63,407 bases of DNA, filler included, from 15 parts of 15 records of this genome joined end to end with filler, not necessarily neighbours in it, one strand, 5' to 3'. Shown: positions 46,924 through 60,185, counted from the first letter of the whole stretch. Notes: a model not told the origin generated them from the letters alone. Program-made: numbers and translations.

Positions 46924-48048
46924 ATGCCCACAAGGCCAGCCGCCGCTCGGCTGGTACTGCTAGTAGGCCTGCTGCTGGTCGGCCTGGCTAAGAGCCAACC
47001 GCCCACAAAGCCCAAGTTCCCCGCCCGATGGGGCGAGCCCCCGCGGATCCAGACCCGGGACCTGCGCCCGCTCCCTGGCGGCTACGGCGTTGGCAGCTCC
47101 ACCCTTGCCGGTCGCCTCCCCCGGCGCGCCCCGGCTGAGCCTTGGCTGGCAGCCTGGATCAAGAACAAGCTCGAGATCGACCAGGCCACCCAGCCGGCCG
47201 CCGACCAGCCGGCTCGCATCGGCGACGACACCCTTGCGGCCCGGCCGGGAGTCTCCCACCGGAAGCCCCGTCCGCCCGGGCTCGCACCTGTCCAGGCCCA
47301 GGCGACGAGGAGTGCGCGCAAGGCGCCATCCACTGGGGGCGTCGCTCCGGCCAGGGGGGGGCCTGCCGTGCGAACGGCTCGGGTGGCCGGGTCGGGCCAG
47401 TTCGGGGCCGCGGGCTGGAACGGGCGATACCGGGATCCGCGGCACCCGAAAGGGGACCGGACCGTCAAGTTCGCTCCGGACGGCACGGTGGTGCTCCGGG
47501 GCCGAGACAGGACGACCGAGCCGAGCTGGCGGGTGACGGGGATGCTGAGTGGGAACAGCAGCCTGCAGGTAGACTTCTCACCCAAGGGCGGGCCGAGAGC
47601 GCTGGGAGGCCAGCTGGTCAAAGACGGGATCAAGTGGGAAGACGGCAACCTGTGGCTCCGGCGGATCCCGGCCAGCGCGCCCAAGCGAGCCAAACAACGT
47701 CAGAACCCGCAGCTGAGTCCAGCCAACCAGACGGTGAGGTCAGTGAGTACTCGCCCGGCCGAGGAGCGGCCTGTTGAAGTCAAGGACCCGTCTACTGGCC
47801 TGGTGCACGAGCTGCCAATCAAAGCGCAGAAAAGCTTCCTGATGCACGGGCCGCACGTTGTGAGCAAGCCTCAGAACGAGACCCGGAGCTCGGCCGGCAA
47901 GCCTACTGAGGCTCGCACCGAGATGGCGGATAGTGACACACCTATCGAGGCTGAGGAGCTTGAGGCTGGCAATGCAAATTCCGAGAAGAACGAGGAGCCT
48001 GCGGCTGCTAGCGATACAAAGCAGGTTGAGGAGCTTGAGGCAGCCACT
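46924..48048 (+). CDS. Secreted protein with two conserved uncharacterised algal/protist modules (3' truncated)
   Basis: Signal peptide; FPARWGEPPRIQTRDLRPLPGGYGVGSSTLA|AWI module; GRYRDPRHP...VDFSPKGGP...GIKWEDGNLW module. Confidence 0.65.
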
Positions 48049-48327
48049 NNNNNNNNNNNNNNNNNNNNNNNNNNNNNNNNNNNNNNNNNNNNTTAATTAA
48101 TTAANNNNNNNNNNNNNNNNNNNNNNNNNNNNNNNNNNNNNNNNNNNNCCCGCAGGATCTGGTGCACCGTCTCCTCGCACAACTCGCTGATCAAGCCCGG
48201 CATGATTTTGTCCGAAAGCGGCGGGTCCGTTGCTGTGACTCCGGTGAGCGACCTGTGGGCGTGAGCGACGGCGATCTGTCCGCACGGAGAGGACCCGACC
48301 TGAGAGACGTGTGGACAGACGGCGATC

Positions 48328-51145
48328 ATGTCGGGCCGGCGGGTAGGCCGGCTGCTCTGGCGGGTGTGCGAGCCGGCTGGTCAGGGCTACGCGATAGACA
48401 AGCTGGGCAAGCTGGAGGCCGCCCTGCTGGCCAACGTCAAGACCGCCTGCCGACTCCGGGGCGAGTCGGCGGTCCAACCCCGGGGCGGCGCGCTCAACCA
48501 GCCGCCCGGCACCCACCCGGCGGTCGAGCCGGCGCAGTCGCGGCCCGAGACTGAGCAGGACGCAGCGAGGACCGAGCAGGCGGTGCAGGCGGCGAGGAGC
48601 CAGGCTGCAGCCGAGCTTGAGAGGGCGGTGCAAGCGGCCAGGAGCCAGGCGACAGCCGAGGCCGAGGCGGCCCGGGCGGAGGAGCGGGCCGAGCTGGAGC
48701 AGCTGCGCGGGTACGTGGCTGGACTGGAGCAGCAGGCTCGGGCGGACGAGCAGCAGGGCGAGCGGCAGCGGCAGGAGAAGCTGGAGCTGGCGAAGATGGC
48801 CGCTGGGTCGGACGGGCTGCAGGCGCGCGTGACCGATCTGGAGCAGCAGCTTGCCTCGATGGCGCGGCAGGCTGAGTTGGAGGCAGCCGAGCACCGGCGG
48901 GAGAGAGCGGCCTGGGAGGCAGCCACGCAGCCTGGCCAAGCTCACGGCTGGGCAGCGGGAGAAAGCTGGCAGGCAGCAGCAACCGGCTGTTGAGCTGGAG
49001 AGCCGGTTGGCGGAGGAGCTGGCAAAGCGGGCTGCGGCAGAGATGGAGGCGCGTCCCGGGCAGGCCGGTGTTGATGCTGGTGCAGGTGCGCGAGGCCGCC
49101 GAGCAGTTGGATGGATGGCGGGCCAAGGCACGGCAAGCGACCGACCCGCGCTGAGCGGGCGAGCAGGTGCTGGCGCACAAGGCCTCGCTGTCGGCGGCCA
49201 AGCAGATGATCCTGTCGCGCGGGTTTGGAGCTTGGGGGAACAGCGCTTCGCTCTCCGATGCATTCGAGCGCGACCAAGACGGGAACGCGGTGGTGAGCGG
49301 CCGGTGCGACTCCAAGCATCTCGAGTTTGACCGGCGGGTGGACGGAGCCCGGAGCGCGGCCGAGCTGGTCAAGCTGCTGGTGCAGCACGTGGACCAGGCG
49401 GTCAAGGAGTCAAGCGCGCAGCAGGCCAGCCGGATCCTCCAGCTAGAGAGCCAGCTAGAGAACAGCCAGGTCCGACTGGAGAGCTAACCCTGAGCCTGAG
49501 CCTAAAGTCAGGTCCAGCTGCAGAGCCAGCTGGAGGAGGTGGACGAGCTGCAGCGGCTGCAGGGCGAGAAGGTGACCAAGGCGTACAACCTGCTCCGTCG
49601 GCGGGTGCAGCGGTGGGTGCTCGAGCACAGGATGAAGCAACTAGTCCAGCGCAAGGGCGGGCTCCAGAAGGCGCTGGACAAGATGCGCACAGTCGACTCG
49701 GTGCTCACGGAGATCTACACTTACGAGCAGAAGTACGTGGAGGACCTTCGGGTGCTGCTCCAGGTTTACCTCCAGCCGATCGAGCTCTACCTGGCAGACT
49801 GGATCAAAGCCCAGGTGCTGCCCGGCTGTCTCCTGGGGGCGAGCAGCGGGGCAGGACGCCCAAACCCAGCGCCAGTGGCGGCTGCTCGCCCAGTTTCGGC
49901 AGGCGAGCACCGAGCTGCACAGCTTGCACTCGACCGAAGCGCATCGGCTCGGGCTGGCTATGGCCAAGGTGCTCGAGCGAGCCGCCCGAGCGAGCCCTTG
50001 GGGCAGGCGGAAGCCGGGCACTCGTTCCTGAACGAGGCGCTCCGGATGTACCGGGTGTATTTGCAGGAGGGAAATGGTTGGAAGGTGTCGCGGTACATGA
50101 ACCGGATGGTCCAAGTGCAGACGCTGGTCGGGCACCGGAGCAAGATGGACGTTGGGCTGCGGGACCTGATGTGGACCCAGCAGAAGACGCTCCCAAGGGG
50201 CGGGCTGACCATGCAGGCGTACATGATCTCGACCCTCCAGAGCATCACCTCGTACGCGATGCTGCTCGAGAGGCTGGCCAAGAACATGCCATCAACCCAC
50301 ATCCAGCGCCAAGACGCCCGGGACCTGCACAAGAGGTAAGCATAATGCTCATGCTCCGATCGACCAGTCTTGGCCAGGCTTGAGGAATGCAACAGACGGA
50401 TCGACAGCAGCAAGTCGGACTACGACAAGCTGGTGGCTTTGCAGAACAGGATCCCCGACTTCCCTATCAACCTGGCCAAGGAGAACCGGCAGCTGTTGCG
50501 GCAGGGCCGGCTGGACTCTGTGGTGGGCGGGACTGACGAGAACGTGCTGCAAGTCAACTGCCGGGTGGTGCTGGTGCTGCTGAGCGACATGTGCATCCTG
50601 TGCGACTTCCAGGCAATCCGATAGTATAGTATTGTATAGTATCGTCCGGCAGGCTGTGCGTCCGAAGAGGGATGACCGGTCGGGTGCAGGAGGTGCGGGT
50701 TCAGCAAATAGACTCGAAGCAAGCCAACAAAGCCCAGGCTGGACGCAGAAAGGTCAAGGAGCTGTATACGGTCAGGATGGTCTTGCCTGTCGAGCGGCTG
50801 GAAGCTTTTCCGGTCAAGACATCCAGGTTCCAGTTCATACTACATGCCCCCACAATCCAGCACAATTGGACCCTAGAAGCCTCCTCCAAGGACGAGCGCG
50901 ACAGCTGGGTCGATGCCATCCAAGCCGCCCTGCAGGAGCGCAATGCCGAGCGGGTCTCAGCAGTCCAGCGGCTGCAGGGCGCGGTCCGGTCGACTTACAC
51001 CCGCCGGGCGATCTCACAGTGCATGGAGAATGGCACCGATGCCTCGGAGTGGGCTAAGCTCTCAGAGGCTACCACTCCAGTCCCTGACGTCCAATCCGAT
51101 CAAGAATGGGCTAGACTCTCGGAGGCTACCACTCCAGTGCTATAG
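48328..51145 (+). CDS. Coiled-coil DH-PH Rho guanine-nucleotide exchange factor; multi-intron
   Basis: EIYTYEQKYVEDLRVLLQVYLQP and LQSITSYAMLLERLAKNMP (DH); LVLLSDMCILC and LEASSKDERDSWVDAIQ (PH). Confidence 0.85.
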
Positions 51146-51403
51146 TACGCCGTTATTCATGCAATCTGGAATAAACATGAATATTGTGTGCAGAATAGGC
51201 CATTTGTGAGACTCTGCAGTTCAGGCAAATGGCTAGACGGAGAGTGTCAGTCAGTCCCTCATAGAATGTTGCAAAGTAGTGGAACTAGGGGGAACCCGCA
51301 GAGGTCTCGCGGTGGGTCACTCGGCTGCGCGTTGAGTTATGTACACAAGACAAAAAAGTGTAGCTAGAGCACGGATCTAGTGATTGATACAATATTTAAT
51401 TGA

Positions 51404-52800
51404 TCAGCCTGCATCCAACACAACCGGTGCATAGCGAGTGTCGACTGCTTTGAGCTCGGGGTGTCGGATCACAACTTGGAACACCACCCTCTCGCCCTCG
51501 CACCCGTTCCTAACCTCGTGCTCAAACGAGTCGTCCAAGCTGAGCACCTCGCCCTCCGCCCAATGCCGCCAGCCATCACGCCGCCAGCGCTCGCCCCAGG
51601 CCGACGAGTATCGGGTCGAGTCTGCGGGCCACGGTTCGAGCACAGAGCTCCGGTTGGCTGGCTCGCCCACCCGGATGGCGGCGCAGTTGCCGGGCGGCAC
51701 GATCAGCCCGAGGTGTAGCTTGAGCACTCGGTTGGTGGCCCCAAAATGCGGCCGGATCCAGGCCCCTGGCCGTATGGCCGAGTATCCTGCCCTGAGGACA
51801 GGGAGCAGGTTGGCCGCGCGCATCCGCTCTAGCAGCCTGCACGCGCTCGGCGAGTGGCGCGAGCAGCTGCCCTCCTGCAGGCTGTTCCACTCGGCCGTGA
51901 TCTCGAACCTGTCCAGCGGTCGGCCCGGCCCCGGCCCTCCAGCACCGGCTCCAGCCCTGTCCGATGCAATCCTCGTCCCTCACCGCCCTGTGCTTCAGTT
52001 TGCCGTACTCGGCCCGCAGATCAGCCGCCCCCGACTTGAGCAGCACTGCCAGCCGCCCCAGCTGCCCCGAGCTCGCCCCCGGCCCAGCGCAGCCGGCGCC
52101 TTGCCCTCCAGCGCGGGCCACGGGTGGGCGGCCAGCTCGGGTGTGTACGAGTGCGGCATCTGGTCCGGCCGGGCCCACGGGCCGCGCTGGTTCAGCTGGC
52201 GGCTCAGCCGGCTCTCGGACTGTCCCATGCCCGGCTGCCCGCTGATCATCCAGCGCCTGAGCAGCTGCCGCTCCCGACTCAACTCGTCCAGTCCCCCCGC
52301 CGCCTGCCGGCTGGCACCCATCACTGCACCGCCCGCCAACCGGCGCACCGGGCGGCTTGTGTGTGCGCCCAGGCCGCTTTGTAGTCGGCCTGGCACTCGG
52401 CCACCACCGCCCGTTGGGCCGCCAGTACCGCCTTGGCCTCCTGCAGCAGGTGTGCCCCGAGCCGCCCGGCTGCCTCCGATAGCCACCTGCCCGGCCTGCG
52501 CGCGCTCGGGCCCGGCGCGCACCGCTCGGCCAGCGCGAACTGTCCGGCGCGTCGGGCGGCGGTGGCCAGGTGGGTGTAGCTGACCAGGTAGCTCAGGATG
52601 GGCGCCCCGGCCTGGGCCTGCAGCTCGAGCGCCCGCTGGTGCAGCTCCAGGCTCCGCTCGAACTGCTTGTGCCGCTCGGCCCGGCCAGCCGCCGCCCGGA
52701 GCGACTCGACGGTCGGGCCGCAACTGCCAGACGAGCAGGTCCGGTCCGGGGCCGCCCCAGCCGCCACAAGGGCCAGGCACACTCCGTACAGCGGCCACAT
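51404..52800 (-). CDS. Aspartyl/asparaginyl beta-hydroxylase family dioxygenase with TPR-like N-terminus and signal peptide
   Basis: YSAIRPGAWIRPHFG, LKLHLGLIVP, LDDSFEHEV. Confidence 0.9.
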
Positions 52801-53052
52801 CCCCGCCGTATGGGTGATCCGCCAGAGGCAATCGGGCACCCTGACCGGCCGGGCGTGACGGATCCCAAAAACAGGAGTGAGGCCCGTGGAGGGGTACTGC
52901 CGTGGACCAGGCCGCAAGCCGTCCGTGTGGCCGGATGGGCGCGCACCGTTCCGTCGGGCTTGGCAGTGCGTCGGCCGCCTGGGGCGCGGCGGGGCCGGTC
53001 CGGAGCCGCAGTGCGACCGAGTGACTGAGAGCGGTGAGACGGGTAGGAGGTG

Positions 53053-55506
53053 ATGGAGATGGAGCGCCCGACCAGCAGGACCGGGGCGGGCAAGGTGGGG
53101 CTCGCCCGCGAGACCAAGGACGTGAAGCAGCTGGCCGGCGAGAAGCTGGAGGCGGCCAAGCTGGGCGGACAGCCGGCCTCCGGATCCTTCTCCAAGGTGT
53201 TCAAAAACTCCAAGCTGCTAGCACAGCTGGAGGCGATCGAGGCCCAGACTGCGGCTGCCTCCAAAGCGGCCGAAGAGACTCCTGCTCCCCCGACGGCGGA
53301 CTTGCAGTCACTGTCGGAATGGCATTCGGTGTGGGACGACGTGCCGGTGTGGTCGCGCAGCTGGGAGTTTGAGGAGATCATGTCCATCAGCGAGGAAGAA
53401 ATCAAAGAGACCCTGTCTGGGGCCGGACCCGACTCGTTCGACACCTTTGAGATACTGCTGCAGGTCGACCGCGCCCCTGCTTGTGCTGATCATAAGGTCA
53501 TGTTGCAGGAAGATGCAGCATGGGAGCAAATGAATAACAGGGGCTCCAGCGCGAATCTCGTAGGATTGAGCGAGCCCACCAACGACAAGTCTCCTGCTTT
53601 AGATTCTCCGAGCCCTGGACTGCAGAGCTTCTCTTCTACTGTGCAAGCCAACTCTGCACTGCTCCCGTTACAGCTTGGTGAATCAGCGCTCATGGCGCAG
53701 CTGCAGAAGCTGCAGGGAGGGGTCAGGGGTTGGTATACTCGCCGAATCATTCGTAACCGACAGAGCAGTGACGGGGATGACTGGCTGCAAGAACTGAATA
53801 CACTTAATGACGAGAATTTGTACGAGTTTGAGAGTAACACTCACACAGAGAACTTGCATTTCCATGGGGGATCGTCAGCAAGTACCCTCAAGCGAGCCTC
53901 CAAACGAGCCTCAGTGTCTACGGATTATTCGGCAGAAGCCAATCGGAGCAGGAGCTGAGCTGCTCATGCTGACTGGAGTTGACGCTGATGGTGAGCCATT
54001 GGAGCTCCTTCTGCACTCTTTCACACGCATCATGGTGCTGCCAAACACCAGTGAGCCAAAGCAAAGGCTACTTGCACAGCTGCAGGAGTTCAAGGAGGCG
54101 TTTTTGATGTTCTGCGGACCCGACTAAGCATGGGATGGAGGTGCAGAGAGAACATGCAATGTTGGTAGTCGAGATTTTCCAGCTGACTGCAAACATCGAG
54201 ATGGATGCAGAGAAAACCTTGAAGAGACTTTCAAGCATGGAGACTCGCATATCTGAACAAGCTAAGGGCCCGAGCAAGACAAAGTTGTCGAACTCCAAGA
54301 GTGGATGGGGCAAAGTGAAAAAAGTCCTCAAGAAGGTTACTCGCATCAGTGCTGCTGCTCAACTTCTTGTCGACAACACAAAACCCGTAGATGCTGATGC
54401 TGTGGCAAGTATGTTTGTGTTGAAGTACAAAGAGCTGTTGAGATCTCTGCTGGATTCAATCCACATACTATGCACAAACACACGCCATGTGGAAGAACAC
54501 TTGTTGCTCATCATCCTGGGTGACAGTCTGGAGGGGCAAAGGTGCTGGCTGTAACGACGAGGCACTGGAACCAGTGACTCGCTCATCGGCACCCTGCTGG
54601 CGAAGTTTTATTGACCGATATAGCTGCTCCCTCCTCTGAGTAGCTAATTGCTTTTTGTATGCATTGTACTGCTTCTTATCTATAGCATCCAGGAGCCGCT
54701 TCTGTGTTGTACAGTACACTTCTACTTTAGACAGAGCCAACATGCTAGCATCATAGACCTCGTCAGCTGTCTCAGATAGCAAGCTATTGTCAATGATGTC
54801 ACCAGCGCCAATCAATGCCACTTCTACAGGAAGGCTGCACTCATAGCTTGAAACAGACCCAGTTGGCTCACCCAGTATGGACATTGCATCTTTCAAAGGC
54901 ACTGTTAGTTTGAGTTGTCCAGACTTGACTATATACACTGTGTCCTTAATTGGATCACCTCGCTTGACTAAATGTTCCTGAGGCTCGACTGTAATTTCTG
55001 TTGTCATCTGGGCAAGCTGCGCGAGTTCTCGTTTCGATGAGTTACTCCAACAGAAGCTGGATGCTTTGTGCTGAGTTTTCTGCAGGCCCAGTCCTCGTGA
55101 TGAGAGGAAGGAACGAGTGCTCAAACGGCCATTTCTTGACCCGGCGCTGCATGCTCCTGGAGTCAAGTGGGAGTCTCCGCTAGCGCAGAGGAAAAAGAGC
55201 GACATCATTCACGGCCGAAAGGACTGTGCTCGGCCAAGAAACTCGTTTGTTGGGCTGTTCCCTTCCATTCAAAAGCGAAACCAGCGCAACTCATTTCCCA
55301 CTGTAGCTACAGAGAAGGCTACGACTACCGCTCTTCAATCGCCGAGCAAAAGCTTTGTAGCTGAGAGAAGGGAAAGCTTTGCTATCCGTGCCATTCCACC
55401 TGCTGCTATCGATGCTGAGGAGTTTGCGAGCCCTCAGAAAATTGCCTCGCCAGAGTTGACGAGCCCTGCTAGTCCAGAATGCCGACAACCGCGAGACTCG
55501 GTAGAT
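53053..55506 (+). CDS. IQ-motif / cyclic-nucleotide-binding protein whose cNMP segment (54521-55086) is inverted in this assembly; 3' truncated
   Basis: Plus-strand exons include IQ-like LQGGVRGWYTRR. The flipped segment joins in frame (IILG|LQKTQHK). Confidence 0.6.
54521..55086 (-). other. Inverted segment encoding a cyclic-nucleotide-binding domain
   Basis: The minus frame reads LVKRGDPIKDTVYIVKSGQLKL...IGAGDII. The segment is bounded by CTGGG (54516-54520) and CCCAG (55087-55091). Confidence 0.7.
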
Positions 55507-55774
55507 NNNNNNNNNNNNNNNNNNNNNNNNNNNNNNNNNNNNNNNNNNNNTTAATTAATTAANNNNNNNNNNNNNNNNNNNNNNNNNNNNNNNNNNNNNN
55601 NNNNNNGAGGTATCGATGCGTTGCAGCATGCCGTTTCGCACGAGGCTATTAAGATCATTATGAGATCATTACGTACACACTTAAGCTTGTATAATTACAA
55701 TCATATCATCTACATGTACTAGTGACTCGTGCGGGTGAACTTATTAGACACATCAGACAGTTATCAGACAGTAA

Positions 55775-58700
55775 TCAGAGCGTAACTGTCTCGTCTCGAA
55801 GAACAGCCGCACCGCTTTCAGCATGTGAAAGGTCAACGTCTGCATTACCTAGCGGGTCACCACCGGCACCACTAGCCTTCTCCTCCAACACAGCCGCTTG
55901 TTCGAGGTAAAATCCGGTCGGCTTTGGTCTGGGCGTGCTGTCGGGGTTCGAACCAGGTACCAACGGCCGAGGGCTGTGCGGGCTTCGAACGTTTGCCATC
56001 AGGAGCAAAACTATCTGCGGTACACTCCAGATCAAAAATGCATGAAAGCCCCACTTCACACGGGATCGCTCTTGGCTAAATCGCTCCCAGTGTTCGAAAG
56101 GCACGTCCGTGAGAGTCATTAATTGGAGCGGGCCCTGGTAGCCCTCACAGCTCTGCTGAAGGAGGTTGGCAAAAGCAGTGCTGAGCTGGCCAGCATCATC
56201 TGGACTGGGCAGGCCTCGGTTTGCATTCGTTTGCCAGACCGTTTCGGCTAATTTGTATACAGTCCCAAAGGAAACAAGCTCGAGAGAGTCAATCTGAATC
56301 CTGAGCGCAGTCAAGAGTGTTGAGAGCTTGCAAGCTCGACGAGCTTTGAAAACCGCTTGAATCTTGAGAGCCGCCCAGGTTTCAATGTCTCCTCCGTAGG
56401 CCTCAATTTGATGGCGACACTTGTGGGTAAGCACGCGAACGCCCGATATGTCCCTCATCGCTGGAGCATAAAGCAGGGCCGCCACCAGGCCGAGCTTCTT
56501 TAGAAAGAACCTCTTTCTATCATCCTTCAACCCGGCAAGCTGCCGGTGAAATATGAGTTCACACAGCCCGTGAATGGTCACAGCCTTGCTGCTCGCCTCT
56601 TGAAAGATAGTGATAATCAGACCCACAAAAAGCTCAGTGAAGAGCATTGCTACTATGACCTCGTACGAAACAAAGATCCACAACGATGCTTGGTTTGTTG
56701 CGCTTACTGCAGCCTGCATCATAACAACCGAATCTGCTCCAATGAACACCGAGAAGAAGGTGAACATTGAATTGCCAAGAGTATTGAAGCTGGTAGCGCT
56801 ACCGGCAAGCTGCACATATTCGCCATTCGCTAGTATTCTCCACGAAATGTAAGAGAACAAGTACAGAACAACCAAAAAGCAACTGGCATAGATGCGAAAG
56901 GATCGGAAGCCATGGGACACGTGGTACAGTAGACGAATGAAACCTGGATGTGTAAAAAAGATTCGCCAAAGGGCCGCTGACATAACAGCTTGAAGCACAT
57001 TCCCATGGTCTTTGCCCCACGACGTCCAATAAACTATAGCTGCTCCGAGGCTCAAACAGACCAGTGCAAGTTGGCACGTGTTGCTCATCGACGAATAGGG
57101 ATGAAGATTGTCGCGGATGAAATTCAACAGTCCGCCCACTGAGTGGATACGAAGACCAATTTCCAAAGGATACAGGAAACACAGGGAGGCCGATACTGTG
57201 AAGATAATGCCATCATCAATCAAGTTGCTCGCATACACAGCCAGCACAAATCCATGGGCGAGAAACACAACTCCCATGATATTGTCCATGGTCTGCCACA
57301 TGAGAAGCCCGAGAATTCTTCGCTCGCACTCCTTTGCATCCAAGCATTCATCTAGCGATTGGCGTGCGTTAGCAAGCATGAACTCGACAGCCGCAAGACG
57401 CCCAGGCGACTGGTGCTTATCCGCGAGCACCTCTGCTCGCAGGATCTCCCATCTGGCTGTGACGACTCTCCACCCCAATAGGCTGTCTGCCTGAATCATC
57501 AGGAGAACAGAGGAAACTCGGAAGATGAGTTCGAATTCTTGGCAGTCAATGTCGCCGCTACCTGGCCCGGGGATCAGGGCGCCCAAGCGCGGGGGGGGGG
57601 GGCACCATCTTCATCAAGAACCTCAAAGAGGGTTTGCGCGAGGACCGCCTCAAAGTTTGGCTTCCGGTCTCGGCTTCGACTGAGTGCAAAGACATCTCCT
57701 GTGCGCAAACTCTTGCTGCGGGGTACAAAAGACGCCGAATCGAGTGTAGGATCTCTAGTTCTTCTCAAGTACCAGAAAACCAGCTCTACAAATTCGGAAC
57801 GTTTCATGCGGCCCTGGCCTGGAAACTCGTTCTCTTCCAGGTTCCAGGTCCATAAGACAAAGGAGCAGCAGAGCGAGGCATCCTGCCTTCTCTTTTCCAC
57901 CTCTGAAATCTCACCCATCCGCGTCTCGAACGTCATTTGGAACACTCCGAGTATCATTGATCGGAAGATCAGTCCTAGTACAGACGTGACCACGAAGAAC
58001 GCCACACTTGAGCTGTATTGTAAAACGATAGGATTGACAACATCCTCCCAATTATGGACATTTGTAAGAAGGTTCAGCATAGTCAGAAAAGTATCCAGAA
58101 AGTGATCTGCACCGGCGCCAATCGCTGGTGTATACTCATATCGACCGTGAAAAAGTAACAGCATGATGATGGCTGTCAATGCAAGCACGACACAGAATAG
58201 AAGCAGCACATACGTCGAGGACGCAATCGCCCAGAAGAAAAGTTCGAGAGCCACGTGCAATTCTGGAATCGTAGCCAGATAAACAAACGCCTTGAGTGCT
58301 CCACTGATATTGTGCAATTCTGGAATCGCAAAGCAGATCCACCAAAGAGCACATGCGGCGCCCATGACGCGTGTACGCTTACGCGTTCCGCTGTATGCAG
58401 CGTGCTCTGAAACGATCCGTAGCATAATGTGTATCGATGTTACGACGCCAAAGCAGATTTGCATCTCAAAGCGGATCTCCGATGGCATGACCTCTACCAG
58501 CATGAACATCAGCACTACCTTCCGCATGATTGACCTGTTGAGCGGACTAGCCCAGACCTTGAACACCCACGTCTGCCACTGTGCAAATCCGAATTTGCCT
58601 TCAATTATTGCCGTGTCAAAGACTGGCTTCCTATCTGCTGTCTCGACCAAATAACCAACGGCAAGACTTCTGAGCTTGTGCCTGAGACAAGTGGATTCCT

Positions 58701-60185
58701 CTTTAGAGAGATCAGCAAATACTCTTTTGACTACGCTGACCAGACGCGTGTATGTCACCGCCTCTAATGTTTCATGACTACATCGGAGTGGATCTGATGT
58801 CTCAGCAACAGGCGACCATATGGAAAGCATCGTACACCTCGACCCCGAGTCTGTCTTAGAACAGGGGGTGTTGCCATTGTGCAGCTGGCGTTTGTCATTG
58901 CATTCTCGATTGCACAGCTCCGGTGTGGATGAGACTGTGGTAGTAACTTCGTCGAACTTCTGAGAACTAAGAGGATTCATGGCAATAGTTACTCTCTCTG
59001 ACATTTCCAAGTGTCTAGAGGTCTTAGCCTCGTCCAAATCGGTCCACATTTCGTCTCGCTTCGTTGGCATGTCACCAGGTCGGTCGTGTTGCGAATGTGC
59101 TACTAGCGGTAGGAGTACGGCGTACCGCCTTTGCACTTCTTTGAAGCCTCTGAACAGGGCGCTGATCAAAGCAACCAATACCAGGAGGGTGGTGAAGACC
59201 GCGCTGCTTCCCTCGTAGTACGTTGAATAGTACGCAGTTCTTGGCACAACCTCGAGAATACTCCACTCGCTTCTCGCCACCGTGACCTCTTCGGAGATAT
59301 ACGGGCTTTCTATTCCAGCTGAAGAGACGAGACTGACCATTTCGCTTCCCTTCATCTCCAACGTACCCTGAGATGCAACCATACCGCCATTCTCTTGAAA
59401 TAGGTCACTGGCTCTTGCGGCCGCCTGGGTGCCTAAAGTTGTAACATTCGCTAATTGTTGGACTCCAATGGAATTATTAAACACGTAGCCACCACCTGTC
59501 GATGCAAGGACCTCCCCTAGATTTTGCAGAATCAGAATGTCCGATCCCTCTGGGAGGCGACCTGATAGTGCAGCCAGTAAAGCGTTGTCAAAATGGAAAC
59601 TCCCAGTGATGCATAGCACCCCATCAATTGCAGTGCTGCCTACACGTTCATACGCCCGCATGACGCTACTCTGGAGCGTTTTGTTCCAGAGATAGCCGGC
59701 CGACACCGACGGCCTCGATCCGCTTTCCTTACCCGATTTATACCAAGGTCTGGACCTACTGTCGTAAGCTTGATCTCGCGCGACTTCCTTGTTGACATCT
59801 CGCACGGGCAATTCACCGGAGCGGTCGACTTGGTAGTACACCAGGTCTCCGTTTGTCAAATCTGACCGTACCGACACTAATGTCTCATCTGGGAGCCCAA
59901 AGAGCTCAGCCGCTGATGCAGCGCCGATCAAATTCCTGCAGTAAAAGCAACAGTCACTATACCACAGGCCAGTCGTAGAAGTCACCCGTTATCTTCGAAT
60001 CCCACAAACAACTCCTTTATGAATCCATGCCTGTTTGCGATGTCAAAAAGTGCTATGAAATGAGAGTCCAGTGCAACGTCATCTGCCTGTGCTCCTGAGC
60101 TCAAGTTGATCGTGCCCGCTTTGACAAAGTTCGCCGTCACATTGTTGCACTGCACAAAGGACTGGAACCGGTATGTTAAGACGAG
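55775..60185 (-). CDS. dCache-domain / two-pore cation channel (TPC-like) fusion with EF-hand linker and IQ motif (5' truncated)
   Basis: LFVGFEDNG and YDSRSRPWYK (Cache), then a TM helix. Pore 1 FLDTFLTMLNLLTNVHNWEDV; EF DEDG|SGDIDCQEF across intron 57562-57605; pore 2 FNTLGNSMFTFFSVFIG; IQ AALKIQAVFKARR. Confidence 0.85.

Noticed and set aside
48097-49405. Long minus-strand ORFs (388 and 303 aa) and many similar overlapping ORFs
   Set aside because: These are antisense shadows of GC-rich coding sequence with no motifs.
49483-49505. Telomere-like CTAACCCTGAGCCTGAGCCTAA
   Set aside because: Too short and degenerate, and it lies within a small intron.
57574-57605. Apparent homopolymer frameshift splitting the channel into two ORFs
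   Set aside because: The G-run lies within a 44-nt GT-AG intron whose removal rebuilds the EF loop DEDGSGDIDCQEF.
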